In this document: positions 27,001-38,550 of the stretch, piece by piece
Position numbering within the stretch: the stretch's first letter is position 1
How the letters are laid out: every line of letters begins with the position of its first letter
Assembly: GCF_006345805.1 (NCBI RefSeq)
Contig: NC_042998.1
Span: forward strand, 75,268,001 to 75,332,000
Length of the DNA: 64,000 bases
Direction of reading: 5' to 3'
Source: Octopus sinensis
Lineage: Eukaryota
Position numbers and translations under genes: made by a program
The notes under the pieces: model-generated
What the model saw: the letters and a program-made list of their open reading frames with translations, nothing else
Told to the model about the DNA's origin: nothing
Database searches by the model: none

Positions 27001-28524
27001 GTGCGTACGCACGAAAGGAAACTTATTGTAGTGACTGCAAAACTCAAGGTGGACACCAGATAACCAAATAGCACACAATAATATCATGGCAAAATTTATA
27101 ACATACACAAGAAATTTACTAAAGGAAAAAGAGAAAAAAATACTCAATGAGCAAAAATCAAGAGTGCATGCATGAAAGTGTATACGTCACAAAAGTATAA
27201 ACCCTTCCGCTGAAAGGAGCGGAAGAAAAGCAAAACTCACAGTTAATGAACCTAGGCGAAAATTAAATCCAACTTCTCTAAATGCGGTTGATCCTGCGAA
27301 ATAGCAGTTAAATCAATTGCTGCAGGAGAGGAAATGGAATTGACAGAAGATCGCTAGTAACACAAAAGGCAAAAGTGCAAACATGCTGGTGTGATGCGCG
27401 ACACAGATAATTTTCTGTTAATTACGTGACCAACAGTGGTCTAACAGGGAAAAATAATTACGCCCATACATAGGCGCAGCGCATGTTAACATCCGACCTT
27501 CTATGAGTCGGGAAAAGAAATCAAGCTAACGCAAAACGTGTTGCAAAAACAAGGCAAGTACACGTGCGAAGCAAAAGGCGCATGAAATGCAATAGTGCTT
27601 GCCAGACCGAAAAAACAGCAAGAATATGCCAGTGGTTGAGCGATTATATGCCTCGTTCGTACAGGAACAAAGGTATGACATGCTGGCGCGTTATAATGGA
27701 CAAACAACCCTCTCTATGTATACGTGACCGACCTAGGGTCTATAGAAATGAGGGGTGTCCACAAAAGGCAAATTTAGCATGGAACAAACAAGCGAGAAAA
27801 GCATGTGTGACGTATGTATGTGAGAGAGAGCATTTATGTGTGTGTACGTGTGTGTGACAGAAATACATACAAGGTGAATGCGAGCAAAATATAAAAATAT
27901 ACAGCGCATAGAAAAAATGTCTCTCGGGCTATTCCAGACAATGGAATTAGTTTACCAGTCTATAATAGCCTGATGCACAATAGCAGTTCGTTCTGTAACA
28001 GAAATGTTGAGATCACAAAATGCAGATGCCGATTGAACACATATCGTGTAGCGGTTGTGGCTTCAATGCTGTGACAGGTTAACTGGAACAGAAGAAATCT
28101 CGTAGATAGTGCTGGGCTGTGAATTCTTGGTGTGCTAATGCACAAACGGCAAGTGGACCAAACTTCCGCGAGTTGCTATGTACATCTTGGTGGAGGTCGA
28201 CGGTGTTGAAAGGCGACGTTGGTGGTGGAAGGCGACTGTAGTGGACTTGAGACAACATCGTTCTTAGTGATGATGGCGACGAAGATAGCGACGACGTGAA
28301 GTAGAAAGACGACGATGATGATGACGAAGGTGGAGAAAAGGCATCGAATATATGATGGCGTCAGTCATCATGGCTGTAGAATAAGAAAGAGGCTCCTTCT
28401 ACAACTGTTTGTAGTGGCCGGAAACAAATCGTCGAAAGATGATGCGTAGAGTTAAATCGTGTTCCGACCTCGCAGAAAAACTGGATTTTTTTTTGTTGAT
28501 AAGTGATCTCTGGTTTTAGACCAG

Positions 28525-28545
28525 AATCACGTCGGGAGGTCACCA
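28525..28545 (-). promoter_or_regulatory. Primer-binding site complementary to the tRNA-Trp 3' end
   Basis: Minus strand TGGTGACCTCCCGACGTGATT, 1 nt after the LTR end, versus canonical TGGTGACCCCGACGTGAT (2-nt insertion; tRNA sequence from memory). Confidence 0.8.
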
Positions 28546-28546
28546 G

Positions 28547-29142
28547 TGAAACGAACTTCAATGTGAGTGTGAAGTGTGACTGAATATCTGATCTTGTACT
28601 TTCGGGGTACAAGAAAGCAATCACTCACTAGCCGTTGCTTTAACAATCCAGATTCTCTACAAGTCAGAAACAACAAGACGCAGACGTGAAATATATATAA
28701 CTACTTTATTCTCTTTCTTGGTAACAATAACAATAAGTGTGTTATCTGATGTCCTTGATTCTGGGCGCGCAAGGCTGAAAGTTAATAGATTGTAATATTT
28801 ACAATGTCCAGCCGCTAAACCAGAAAGGGGTCAAGATGGCGTCGAACAGGGAAGTTGAATGTGGTCGGCAACAATTTGGTTAAAGGCATTCGGCCGACTG
28901 CTGCTATCAACCGGAGAGAATATATGCGTGACCGCCGCCTTCAATCGCTGGGTCCCAAGTCGCCGCTTGCTGCTGCTAGTGGTCAAACATTCTACGATCC
29001 CCCTGCCTTGGCCAGGGTCGTGCTTCCGGTGGTTCGCGCATGCGCGAGAGGGCCCTTCCTTTCTGTGCCTTGGTGAAGGCACCAACACGCGCGAAATACA
29101 AATGGACGGTGCGCGAGCGCGCACCGTTATAGGGTCACTACA
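28547..29142 (-). repeat. 5' LTR (596 bp)
   Basis: Partner of 26405-26988; ends TTTCA immediately before the PBS. Confidence 0.92.
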
Positions 29143-29146
29143 TATT

Positions 29147-29358
29147 CTTTTCTACTCTAGGCACAAGGCCCGACAATTTGGGGGAGGGGGCCAGTCGATT
29201 AGATCAAGCCCAGTACGCAACTGTTGCCTTATTTATAGACCCCTAAAGGATGACAGGCAAAGTCGACCTCGGCGAAATTTGAACACAGAACGTAAAAACA
29301 GACGAAATATCGCTAAGTATTTCGCCCAGCGTGCTAACGTTTCTGCCAGCTCACCGCC
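29147..29358 (-). mobile_element. SINE family A, full length, with 18-bp TSD
   Basis: Head GGCGGTGAGCTGGCAGAAACGTTAGCACG starts at 29358. TSD TTCACATGTAGAGATATT occurs at 26387-26404 and 29359-29376. Confidence 0.9.
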
Positions 29359-30060
29359 TTCACATGTAGAGATATTGATATACAGCCCTGATTTACTTGA
29401 ATTGATATTGATATAAACGCCTGTGTACACGTGTAGAGACATTGTTATTAAGGCTTGTACTCACAGATACACTCGTTAATACACAATTATATGTTCATCA
29501 TGTATAGAGAAAATGATATACAAATATGTGTTTACATTTAGATATATTAATGTAGAAGTGTCTACCTTTCGTACTTAGAGGTGCTAGAATAGATAAATGT
29601 GTTGACGAACAAATATGTTGTTATATATTCATGCATAGAAATTTCATACACAGCTATGTCCTTTACCTGAGAAACGTTTATATTCATTCATGTTTCGTGT
29701 TAGTCATGATGATATACTACCATATGTTAGCCATGCGCAGATATGCTGATATACATGTACTTATAAACATGTAGATATATTGATATGAAATGCTTGTTTA
29801 TTACGTGTAGAAAAGACAATTTACATATATGGGTCTTTCACATGCAAAGAGATTAATGATACAGTCGTTATTTAAAGATGGTGGTACACAGATAGATGTT
29901 TACTTGTTGAGATTTTGAAGTAGCGGTACCTGTTCATTATGTGCATAAATGACGAGATACAATTATGTGTTCATGACTGAAAATTTTAATATGCATGTGC
30001 TTGTTCACAGTGTGAAGGGATATAAAAATTGTGTTCACGTGTGTTCACATACATGTACGC
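29359..30060. repeat. Degenerate minisatellite-like region
   Basis: Recurrent (TGTTCA)CATGTAGAGATATTGATATA-like motif at roughly 30-60-bp spacing. Confidence 0.45.
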
Positions 30061-30843
30061 CTTTATCTGATTTTCAGATGTTCATAAACAAGTGTCTTTG
30101 TCTTATGTAGCAGTTCTAATACCGAGGTACGCGTTTTTCATAAATAGAACCCTGTCGGCAGATGCTACATTTAAATGTTTTGAAAGGAACTTTTCAGTGA
30201 TATAAAACTGCTTCAGACTGATCATATCTTTACCAAGTATCTACGGGATTTTCTTTTTATTCGAAACCCTCCATAGTGTTTGCTTTAGTTACGTTGATGT
30301 TTTCAGGAACGAGATACCAATTATGAGTAACCCAGGAGAAAAAGAAATTGGGTATACGTTCATCTAGGAAAAACGTATGACTGGCCAAGGACAGGTAGGG
30401 AAACTAAAAGAAATGCGGTAGATGATTGTTTGCAGGTAGCTGGCAGTCATTGGTGGAACTGAGTACATTGCCTGATATTGCCATCCTTCACTTCGTTCAG
30501 TAAGAGCTCCATTCCATCTAAATTAAAAACAATTTAGCAGTGGCTAGTTCTGAGTAGAGATTGTATTATTTCAACAAATCGTACTGCTTTAAAACCTTCG
30601 GATATATACTATGACGATTTGCTAATATACTGAGATAATTCCTCGTACAATCTTATTTAGATAAAGCTTCACGATCGGCCTGCCTCACATTAAGATTTCA
30701 ACCATACGTACATTATAAAATTAAGAATTATTAAATGCGGTTGAGTACTTTAGACAACGTGAACTTGTTTACGATGGAGGTCGATACCGTCAATATAGAT
30801 AATATGGAAGATTTTGTAGTCTGTAGATTTATGCTTTTATAAT

Positions 30844-32685
30844 TGTTGAGGCGAGAGTAATTGACACCCATGTGGGATTGGAAAAACGGATTAGCCGAAC
30901 TCTTATAAAAAGTGGCGTATTGACTGAGACCGAGAGATGTCGTTGACAGTTCTTGGAAATCGTAGGAAGTTGTTGAGAGTTTGTGTTTATTGGAGTATCA
31001 TGTTAAATGGAGTAATTTGAAGTACGTCATGTGAAGGCATTTGTATCTATCCCCGCTTCGTGAAATCAGTATATCCAACGTATAGAAGGATATAAAAGTG
31101 GGACGAGGATATCCACTAATAAAAGTATATTCGAAGCTTACGTCCGACGTTAACATTTTCTCTTGATACAAAATCAAAAAATAGTTAACATGAAAGAATT
31201 ATTAGCCTCCATGGTGCAGTTCCAACAGCAAAAACAGTTACAGCAACAATTACAACAACAACAACAATATAACGGTTGCTGGAATTAGTGTTGAAGTCCA
31301 AAAATAATTCAGTTTCGTTCTCGCCAGACGACGTAGCAAATTCCGAATTTAGTTATAACCTAGAATTTCAGAATTTAGTTATAACCTAGAATTTCAGAAT
31401 TTAGTTATAACATAGAAGGTATTACTTTTTATTCATATTTCAGAAGATATGAAGAAATCTTCCAATAGGAATGCAAAAATGAACGAACAATGAGAAGGTA
31501 CGACTACTTTTAAGAAAATTATCCCCTGCCGAACAAAAAAATACTTTAGCTACATTCTGCCAAAAACAAATTATGTGAAATTTGCTTCATTGAAACGATT
31601 AAATTGTTATTGAAAATTTTCAGTGAGAGAAGTTCCCTGTTCAATATTCGCTGGGAGGGTCTGTATTTAGTAAAACAAGATGATGAAAATTTTGTTAATT
31701 ATGCTAGAGTTGTCAAAAGAGAATGCGAAAAATTCAAACTAAAAGAATTAACCCCTGACATGTTCAAATGTCTAATTTGTGTTCAAGTGTTAACGGCAAG
31801 CAAATATGCAGAGATACGTGCCAGATAGTGACAAAATTAGAACAGGACCAGAATTTGACAGGGGTGTCAGAGAATTATTAAGTTACGACGTGATGCAAAT
31901 AAAATTGAAGAAAAAGATTACTCTCACATACATGCGCATCAAACTGTAATGGATAATGGAAAAGAAAAACAAAGACCAAAACTCAATCCATGCTATGGGT
32001 GCTGAGGTCTACATCTTAAAAATAACTCCTTTTTAAATATTTTAGCTGTCAAAATATCAGAAAAAAAGAGGTCGAACGGAAATAAAATCTGGGAAGGTTT
32101 TTCTCAACAAGAAAATCTAGGCAAGGCTCACGAAAAAAAGATTGTGTACATAGAAATTAATAATGTGAACGCGAAGTTACAGCTAGATACAGTCAGTGTT
32201 ATTACAATTATTAAGTGTTATTACAATTATTAACACTGACATATGGAAAAGAATTGGAAAGCTACATTAATGGAAACTGTAATTGCGAAAGGTGTCTCAA
32301 GTATAAAGTTACATCTTGGGGGCGAAATGTTACATTTCGGGGTAAAAAGGGAGATGTGGGGAAAAGAAAAAAAATGAAAAAAGAGTAATGATATTAACGT
32401 CCAGCAGAATTCAATCTCCAAAAGGGAGAAATGGTGTGACGAGAGTCATTGACACCCCTGTGGGATTGAAAGAATGGACTAGCCGAACTCGTCTAAAAAG
32501 TAGCGTATTGACTGAGGTTGTGAGAAGTCGTTGAGAATTCGTGGAAGTGGTAGGAACTCCTTTAAGAGTTTGTATTTATTGCAGAATCGTGTTTAGTGGA
32601 GTAATTTGAAGTAAGTCGTGTAAGGACAGTCGTGTCTATCTCCCTTCGGGAAATCTGTATATCCAACGTATAGAAGGATGCAAAA
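30844..32685 (+). mobile_element. Old, internally deleted Ty3/Gypsy LTR retrotransposon (gag and protease remnants; RT, RH and IN absent)
   Basis: 254-bp LTRs at 30844-31097 and 32432-32685 (roughly 75% identical by eye) with TSD ATAAT. PBS TGG(C)GACGAGGAT (tRNA-Ser-like) at 31099 and PPT AAAAGGGAGAAA before the 3' LTR. Confidence 0.85.
31190..32330 (+). pseudogene. Gypsy gag-protease remnant
   Basis: MKELLASMVQFQQQ.., EFSYN..GITFYSYFRRYEEIF, VRLLLRKLSPAE, KIFSERSSLFNIRW..RECEKFKLKELTPDMFKCL, zinc knuckle CYGC*GLHL and protease motif KLQLDTVSVITII. Confidence 0.85.
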
Positions 32686-35600
32686 ATAATATGTATCTCC
32701 CCTCCCTTTCAATTCCTTTCGTATAATATATTCCTTAGTTACACGTTCCTTAAAACGTTTGTTGTAAGATATGTATTCATTTACCCGGTGGAACTTTTAG
32801 ATTTCATCGCCACGCTTTAGGAAGACGGTTAGTGTATTGATAAATTGGCAAATGATGCCTTAATAGTGTCAATTATGCAAGTATATCGGTGCATGCATCG
32901 TTTTCAATGCCATTCAATTCTTAGTGTAAAAATGTGTTAATCAGGTCAATGTAAATCTTTATTGCAAGTATGGGCCACTTCTTATATATTCAGTCACACT
33001 ATTCTGCTCATAGAAATGATGTTCCGTATTTCGTTAAATAATGGTATTTGTTAATGGTTATTTTTTCGGACGATTACTGTCTTTTTATGCTTTAGATTCT
33101 CTCTTGTAGCCTTTAACGCAGATTTTCAGGATTATATTCAAATATTCTTGTTTCGCATTTTCAAATATCAGAAGTATTCTTTCTGTAATAGATGGACAGG
33201 AAATTAATTTAGCTTTTTATACTTATTCATTTATTCTTTTATATTTCCTTTGCATTCGCAACCAGCATTTTGCACGACTTCTTTAGTAACAATCTTATTG
33301 CTGTCTATAAAAAAAGCTGACCTGTGGCCTGTCAGTTGCAGCGATGTGCGTGACAAATTTGTTGCAGAGCACTGCTCATCTTTCATTGCAATTTGCTATA
33401 AAATCATTCCTATATCGTCCGCGCATTATTCAGTCTTTTAACTGTTTCGACCTAAAACAATTCAAAAGTTTATGAACGAAATTTGTTCATGTTTGATTTC
33501 AGTAAGTTTATATAACCATGTGTTTTCATAAGATTACTATGATTGTTGTTGTCTTACCCCAGTTTATATATCTCTTATCACTCACCCGGACTTATTTCAT
33601 ACACCTTATCTGTAAGGACTACTTTATCCAACATATTCTGTCTGCTTTTTAAGATATTTTAACGTGGTTTGTGAGATTTGGCTGCTATATCTAACAGGTG
33701 TAGCGAGATAATTGAAGATCTCAATGCAATGTAATTCGTACTTCTGACATGCGTGTGATAATAAGGATATTTTCAAAATAAGTTATATTAGACGCAGCAT
33801 CAAGTTCGGGATAGATTGATTTATGTGCAGTCTTCATCCTTCATTCTTGACGATAACCAAGACATCGTCTCTTAAAAATCAATAGTGCTCTTTAAAAATT
33901 TAGTGGCAAAGGGCAAAGCCATACAGGTGACTGGGGAATTACAACTGAACTAGTCCCGCCTATATTTTACCCTTTGCATACCACCAAAACCGAGAAAACT
34001 ATGGACCAGGCGATATTTCATCGCTGCAGATATGTATGCTAGCCCGACTGCTGCAAGAAAAGGTCCTCCATCTGATTTTTGTTCTTAGGAGTTCAAACCT
34101 TAAATTACGCTGGAATGACCAAAGTGATGCCGAGTCTCATCGTACTCTGGGGTTCTTGTCTTTCAGCAACAGAGCTTGGTATCACATTTCTAGAGGATGG
34201 GACCTAACACCTCATTGCCGGGTTTTCTCTTCAGAGTCCATCGCAACGAAAGATGGAAAGCCTTTAGAAATTTCAACCAACAGTTAAAGATATCTCAATA
34301 TCTCTCGAGTTAGTTTAACCATGCTGCTTTTATAAGCAAACGCTTTATTGATACATAGCTGAGTCTGTGACAGAGGAGTACCCCTGGAAAGGAATTAGTG
34401 GGGTCCCAAACAAAAGTTAATGGCTTTGCCTCACACTTCCTACCTAGTAATATATTGTTGGGTGCCTTATATTATTTTTTAGGCATGTTGCTTTAATCAA
34501 TTATTGGAATATCTAATTCAAAACTGGCTACTTTCATGTTTGGTGTAAATTGATTTTCCCACGTGCACTTGGTTTTTAAAATTCTTGTAAAGTTGAAAGA
34601 ATGTTGCATAGAGGCCACAAAGAGCTTATTGCTCATCTAAGGTTCATTATAGTGTTTACATTTACGGGGCTACATGACATATTTGGCTTTGTTTCAGTTT
34701 TACTAACTACGTGGATAGCTTATATCAAGTCCTTTTATCATCAAATATATTTCAAATATCTCCGTGATATTGGCTTTCCATATCAATTATGCTACTCAAA
34801 TAGGTAAGTATCTAATATATATATCCAAATGACGTCTTATAGCCGTAAGTGATATCGTTAATTACTTTCAACAGTGAGGGGATTGGTTAATTTTTCTATA
34901 ATCATCGGGGAAAATTATTTCATCTCTAATGAAATATTTTAAAATACATATTATATTTTAATTCAGACATTTCTCAATCGATTATGTGTATAATCAGTTA
35001 CTATAGCTAGGGAACAATGTGCTTACAATTCTGCTGCTATTCATGGTAGATTTTCAGATATATTTCCAAGTTCCAGTGATATCAAAGAAACGAGAGTTTT
35101 AGCTATATGGAATAGCCTGTGCCACCAGTTCCTGTTGCCAAAGATGACACACAATGTTTACAATAGGAGGAAATTGACACGGTTCTTTAGCTGCTTCAAA
35201 AGCCTATAAAATGGGCATCATTTTATGTCAGTATAATAGAGGAATATAATTAGATTCATCGGAAAGGCAGACAAGTCATTAGCACACTTTCGAAATTCAA
35301 CAAAATCGTTGAGTTTTCAGTGTAGTAAATTTTGTTATTGATGCAATTGTTAATGACGATAACGAACGACGATGATGATGACGACGACAACAACGTTACC
35401 AGTATTATGAAACGAGATTACATGAAGGGAAAATAGATGCTTTATATAATCCAATGGATAATGCTGAAATGTTAAGAAAAAAGAGTTTCTCTTACATATT
35501 TCAAACAACGCTAGTATTTCCGGACTTCAGAGGAGTTAGCTCGGAAACTGCCATAAAATAAAAAATTCATCTTAAAGTATGTATTGAAATAGTAAAATAT

Positions 35601-35859
35601 AAAGTTAGCGTAATTCTACACTTCTCTACACCTGCGGCTTTAATGATGCATTTGTTGTTCCATAGCTGGAATAACTAATCATACACATAATCGATTTTAA
35701 AATGTCTGAACTTAACACAGTGACTTTTAAAATATTTTACAAAACTATGATTAGAGACAAAATAAGTCTTTAACAAAAATTATAGATAAAATGCAACCTC
35801 TTGAATAACTATCTACCTTTCTATTAAATAATTTATAGGTATGTATATATACATACCTA

Positions 35860-35898
35860 TATATATACACACACATACACACACACACGCACACACAA

Positions 35899-35983
<85 letters not shown>
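35860..35983. repeat. Compound (CA)(TA)(GA) microsatellite
   Basis: Direct reading. Confidence 0.9.
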
Positions 35984-35986
<3 letters not shown>

Positions 35987-36096
35987 CTGTATACTGTCAA
36001 CTTAATGTGACAGTCCCACGAAGGGAATCACACAACTGCTATTTAGCCCTAGGAAGCATCAACGCTTCCTGTCGGCCTTAACATATTTCCTGTGTC

Positions 36097-36135
36097 CAGA
36101 CTGATGACGAGCAAAGACTCAGAAACTAGTCTCTG
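36097..36135 (+). ncRNA. Minimal type I hammerhead ribozyme (near-intact) in a pLTR-like fragment at about 35985-36170
   Basis: CAGA CTGATGA C GAG CAAAGA CTC A GAAA C TA GTC^ TCTG. Palindromic stem III ACTAGT; C/A mismatch at the base of stem II. Confidence 0.75.
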
Positions 36136-37350
36136 ATTTCAAGCTTAGCTGGGAGGAGGTGCTTGTCTCCCCCTTGTAAACATAAGGACTGGTTAATATT
36201 TTTTTCAATGATTTAGGTTGAATTTTGCTTTTCATAATTTTGTGTGAGCTAAAAATTTTGTTCATTGTTTTGTCTCTTGTGAGAATGGGATGATATTGGG
36301 TCATAATGTTGAAGGCTTCGTTGTTTCTAGGGTTATGAGTGGGGATGTACGGGAATATTTTTAAGTCTGGTTTGGTATTTCGGTTGATTTCAATTAATGT
36401 TCGTATATCTATTTCCATAGCTCGTTTAATGCCATCATTTATTAATGATATTGGGTAATATCTTTTGATTAGTATTGATCTGAGTTCGAGGAGTTTTCGT
36501 ACACGAGTATAGGTGTCCGAAACTATGGTACATGTTCTTTTCGCTAGATTATAAGGTATATTAATTTTTATGTGTTTGTGGTGGCATGAGTTAAAAAATA
36601 GGTATTGTTTAGAATCTATGAGTTTATAAAAGTTGTCTGTTTCTACGTGGTTATTGACTAATATAATTAGGATGTCAAGAAAAGGGAATTGTTTACTACT
36701 GTGCTCCATGATGAATTGTATTTTGCTATTAATATTGTTAAATATTACTTTTGAAATCGAGGAGTTTGTCCATGCTGTCTTTCCAAAGTATGAAGCAATC
36801 ATCCAAATACATCATCCAGTTCTCCTTTAAATAGCAATGAAATGAGGTGCCATATTTTTGTAGTGATGATTGATATAACTTAAGCTCTAGGTAACCCATT
36901 ACAAGGTTCACTATCACTGGAATAGCTCGGGTTCCCATTGCAATTCCACATTTTTATCGATACTAAACTGTATCGAACATGAAATAGTTGTTCAGTAGGA
37001 TGAATTTGAGTGCTGCGATTATGAATCTGTGGTTAATGCGTCCTGGGATGTCTTCTGGATATTTTTCTAGCCAGAAGGTGATCGCTTCTATACCATAGTC
37101 GTGTGAGATATTGGTGTACAAATTCACCACATCGAATGATACTAACCGTGTTCCTTCATTTACTGTCTTCGGGAATTGGTTCAGCATGTGTAAGTCATCC
37201 CTGATGAAGCTTTTCACATATGTTAGAAACGGTTTGAGTAAGATGTCGAGGAAGTTGCTCAAACGGTTGGTTTCACAAGTAGGGCCAGCAATGATGGGTC
37301 TCAGTTTGAGGTCGGTAGAGTGAGGAACATTAATGCATAAACTTGGAGAA
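36135..37350 (-). mobile_element. Penelope-like element reverse transcriptase fragment (frameshifted)
   Basis: ORF track shows LRPIIAGPTCETNRLSNFLDILLKP, LVSFDVVNLYTNI, MGTRAIPVIVNLVMGYLE, MYLDDCFILW, FPFLDILI and YKLIDSKQYLFFNSCH, all PLE RT motifs. Confidence 0.92.
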
Positions 37351-37360
37351 ACTTTGGAAT

Positions 37361-37640
37361 AAAGAGGCAACTTTCATCAATAAATATCTTCCACAACTCA
37401 ATATGAACACATAACATAATACAGAACACTACTAACCTTTCAATGAATTCCACTAACACCCATACATCCCATACACCATTCACATTAAAGATCTATATCA
37501 ACCCTAATTGCACCAAATCCAGAACTACTTACCTCCCTTACACAATCTTTTTACTCAGGGACTAGTAGACCTGAGACCGTTCATTAATCGAAGTGCATTC
37601 AAAGCAATGATTCACGAAACGGGTATGCTTTTAAATCTCT
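37361..37640 (+). mobile_element. Inverted PLE 3' end: GIY-YIG C-terminus plus pLTR with decayed hammerhead
   Basis: KEATFINKYLPQLN at 37361. At 37601-37631, AAAGCA..GAAAC GG GTA TGCTTT retains stem I and stem III with the core and stem II eroded. Confidence 0.65.
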
Positions 37641-37787
37641 TTAATAATTCTCAGTAATGACTTTTATTAATTTTATTCCTACCTCAGTTCATCTAATTGT
37701 TTATATATTTATCATTACTTTTCATAAAAAAGACTTTACTTTTGATTTCCAATGTGCATTTTCGCTTATTTTTTTCTTACTTTTCCC

Positions 37788-37820
<33 letters not shown>

Positions 37821-37821
37821 A

Positions 37822-37874
<53 letters not shown>

Positions 37875-37912
37875 AAAAAGGAGATGTGGAACACGAGTTG
37901 TGATATATAAAA

Positions 37913-38220
37913 AAAGGAAATGAAGAAAATGCTGACAAAATAATTTAAGTAAGGGAGAGTGTATTTAATTTGGTGAAAGTTCTTTTTACCGGTTGCGCAT
38001 TTGTTATGCTTATCAAAAGATATATTTTTAAGAGAGATAGAGTTCCTGTCTGATAGATTTTTTCTCTTATAGAAAAAAAATCTATCAGAAAGGAACTCTA
38101 TCTCTCTTAAGAAATATCTTTTGATAAGCATAACAAATGTGCAACCGGTAAAAAGAACTTTCACCTAATTAAATACACTCTCCTTTACTTAAATTATTTT
38201 GTCAGCATTTTCTTCATTTC

Positions 38221-38224
<4 letters not shown>
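37913..38224. repeat. 312-bp near-perfect foldback (arms ~150 bp, 5-nt loop) between TA tracts
   Basis: Arms are reverse complements with only a handful of mismatches; loop CTTAT at 38066-38070. Confidence 0.92.
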
Positions 38225-38284
<60 letters not shown>

Positions 38285-38401
38285 TATGCTATATACCAGA
38301 AGCATCTATAAGACTGAATTTCTTCCAATAAAAATAACGTATATCACTTGAGATGTCTACCTTGTTGTCTTCTTTAACAATTGTAACCATGTATATATAC
38401 G

Positions 38402-38473
<72 letters not shown>

Positions 38474-38496
38474 TGCATATACATACATATATATAT

Positions 38497-38546
<50 letters not shown>

Positions 38547-38550
38547 TATA
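38225..38550. repeat. (TA)n and (GT)n tracts
   Basis: Direct reading. Confidence 0.85.

Larger units (their letters stand above)
26405..29142 (-). mobile_element. Non-autonomous LTR retroelement (Gypsy-like termini, non-coding 1.56-kb interior)
   Basis: Both LTRs have TG..CA ends (26405-26988 and 28547-29142) and a 4-bp TSD TATT (26401-26404 and 29143-29146). tRNA-Trp-like PBS and PPT are both on the minus strand. No recognisable gag or pol. Confidence 0.92.

Noticed and set aside
26677-29416. Paired 100-185-aa ORFs in both LTRs
   Set aside because: They reflect GC-rich LTR sequence open in several frames on both strands, with no gag or pol motifs
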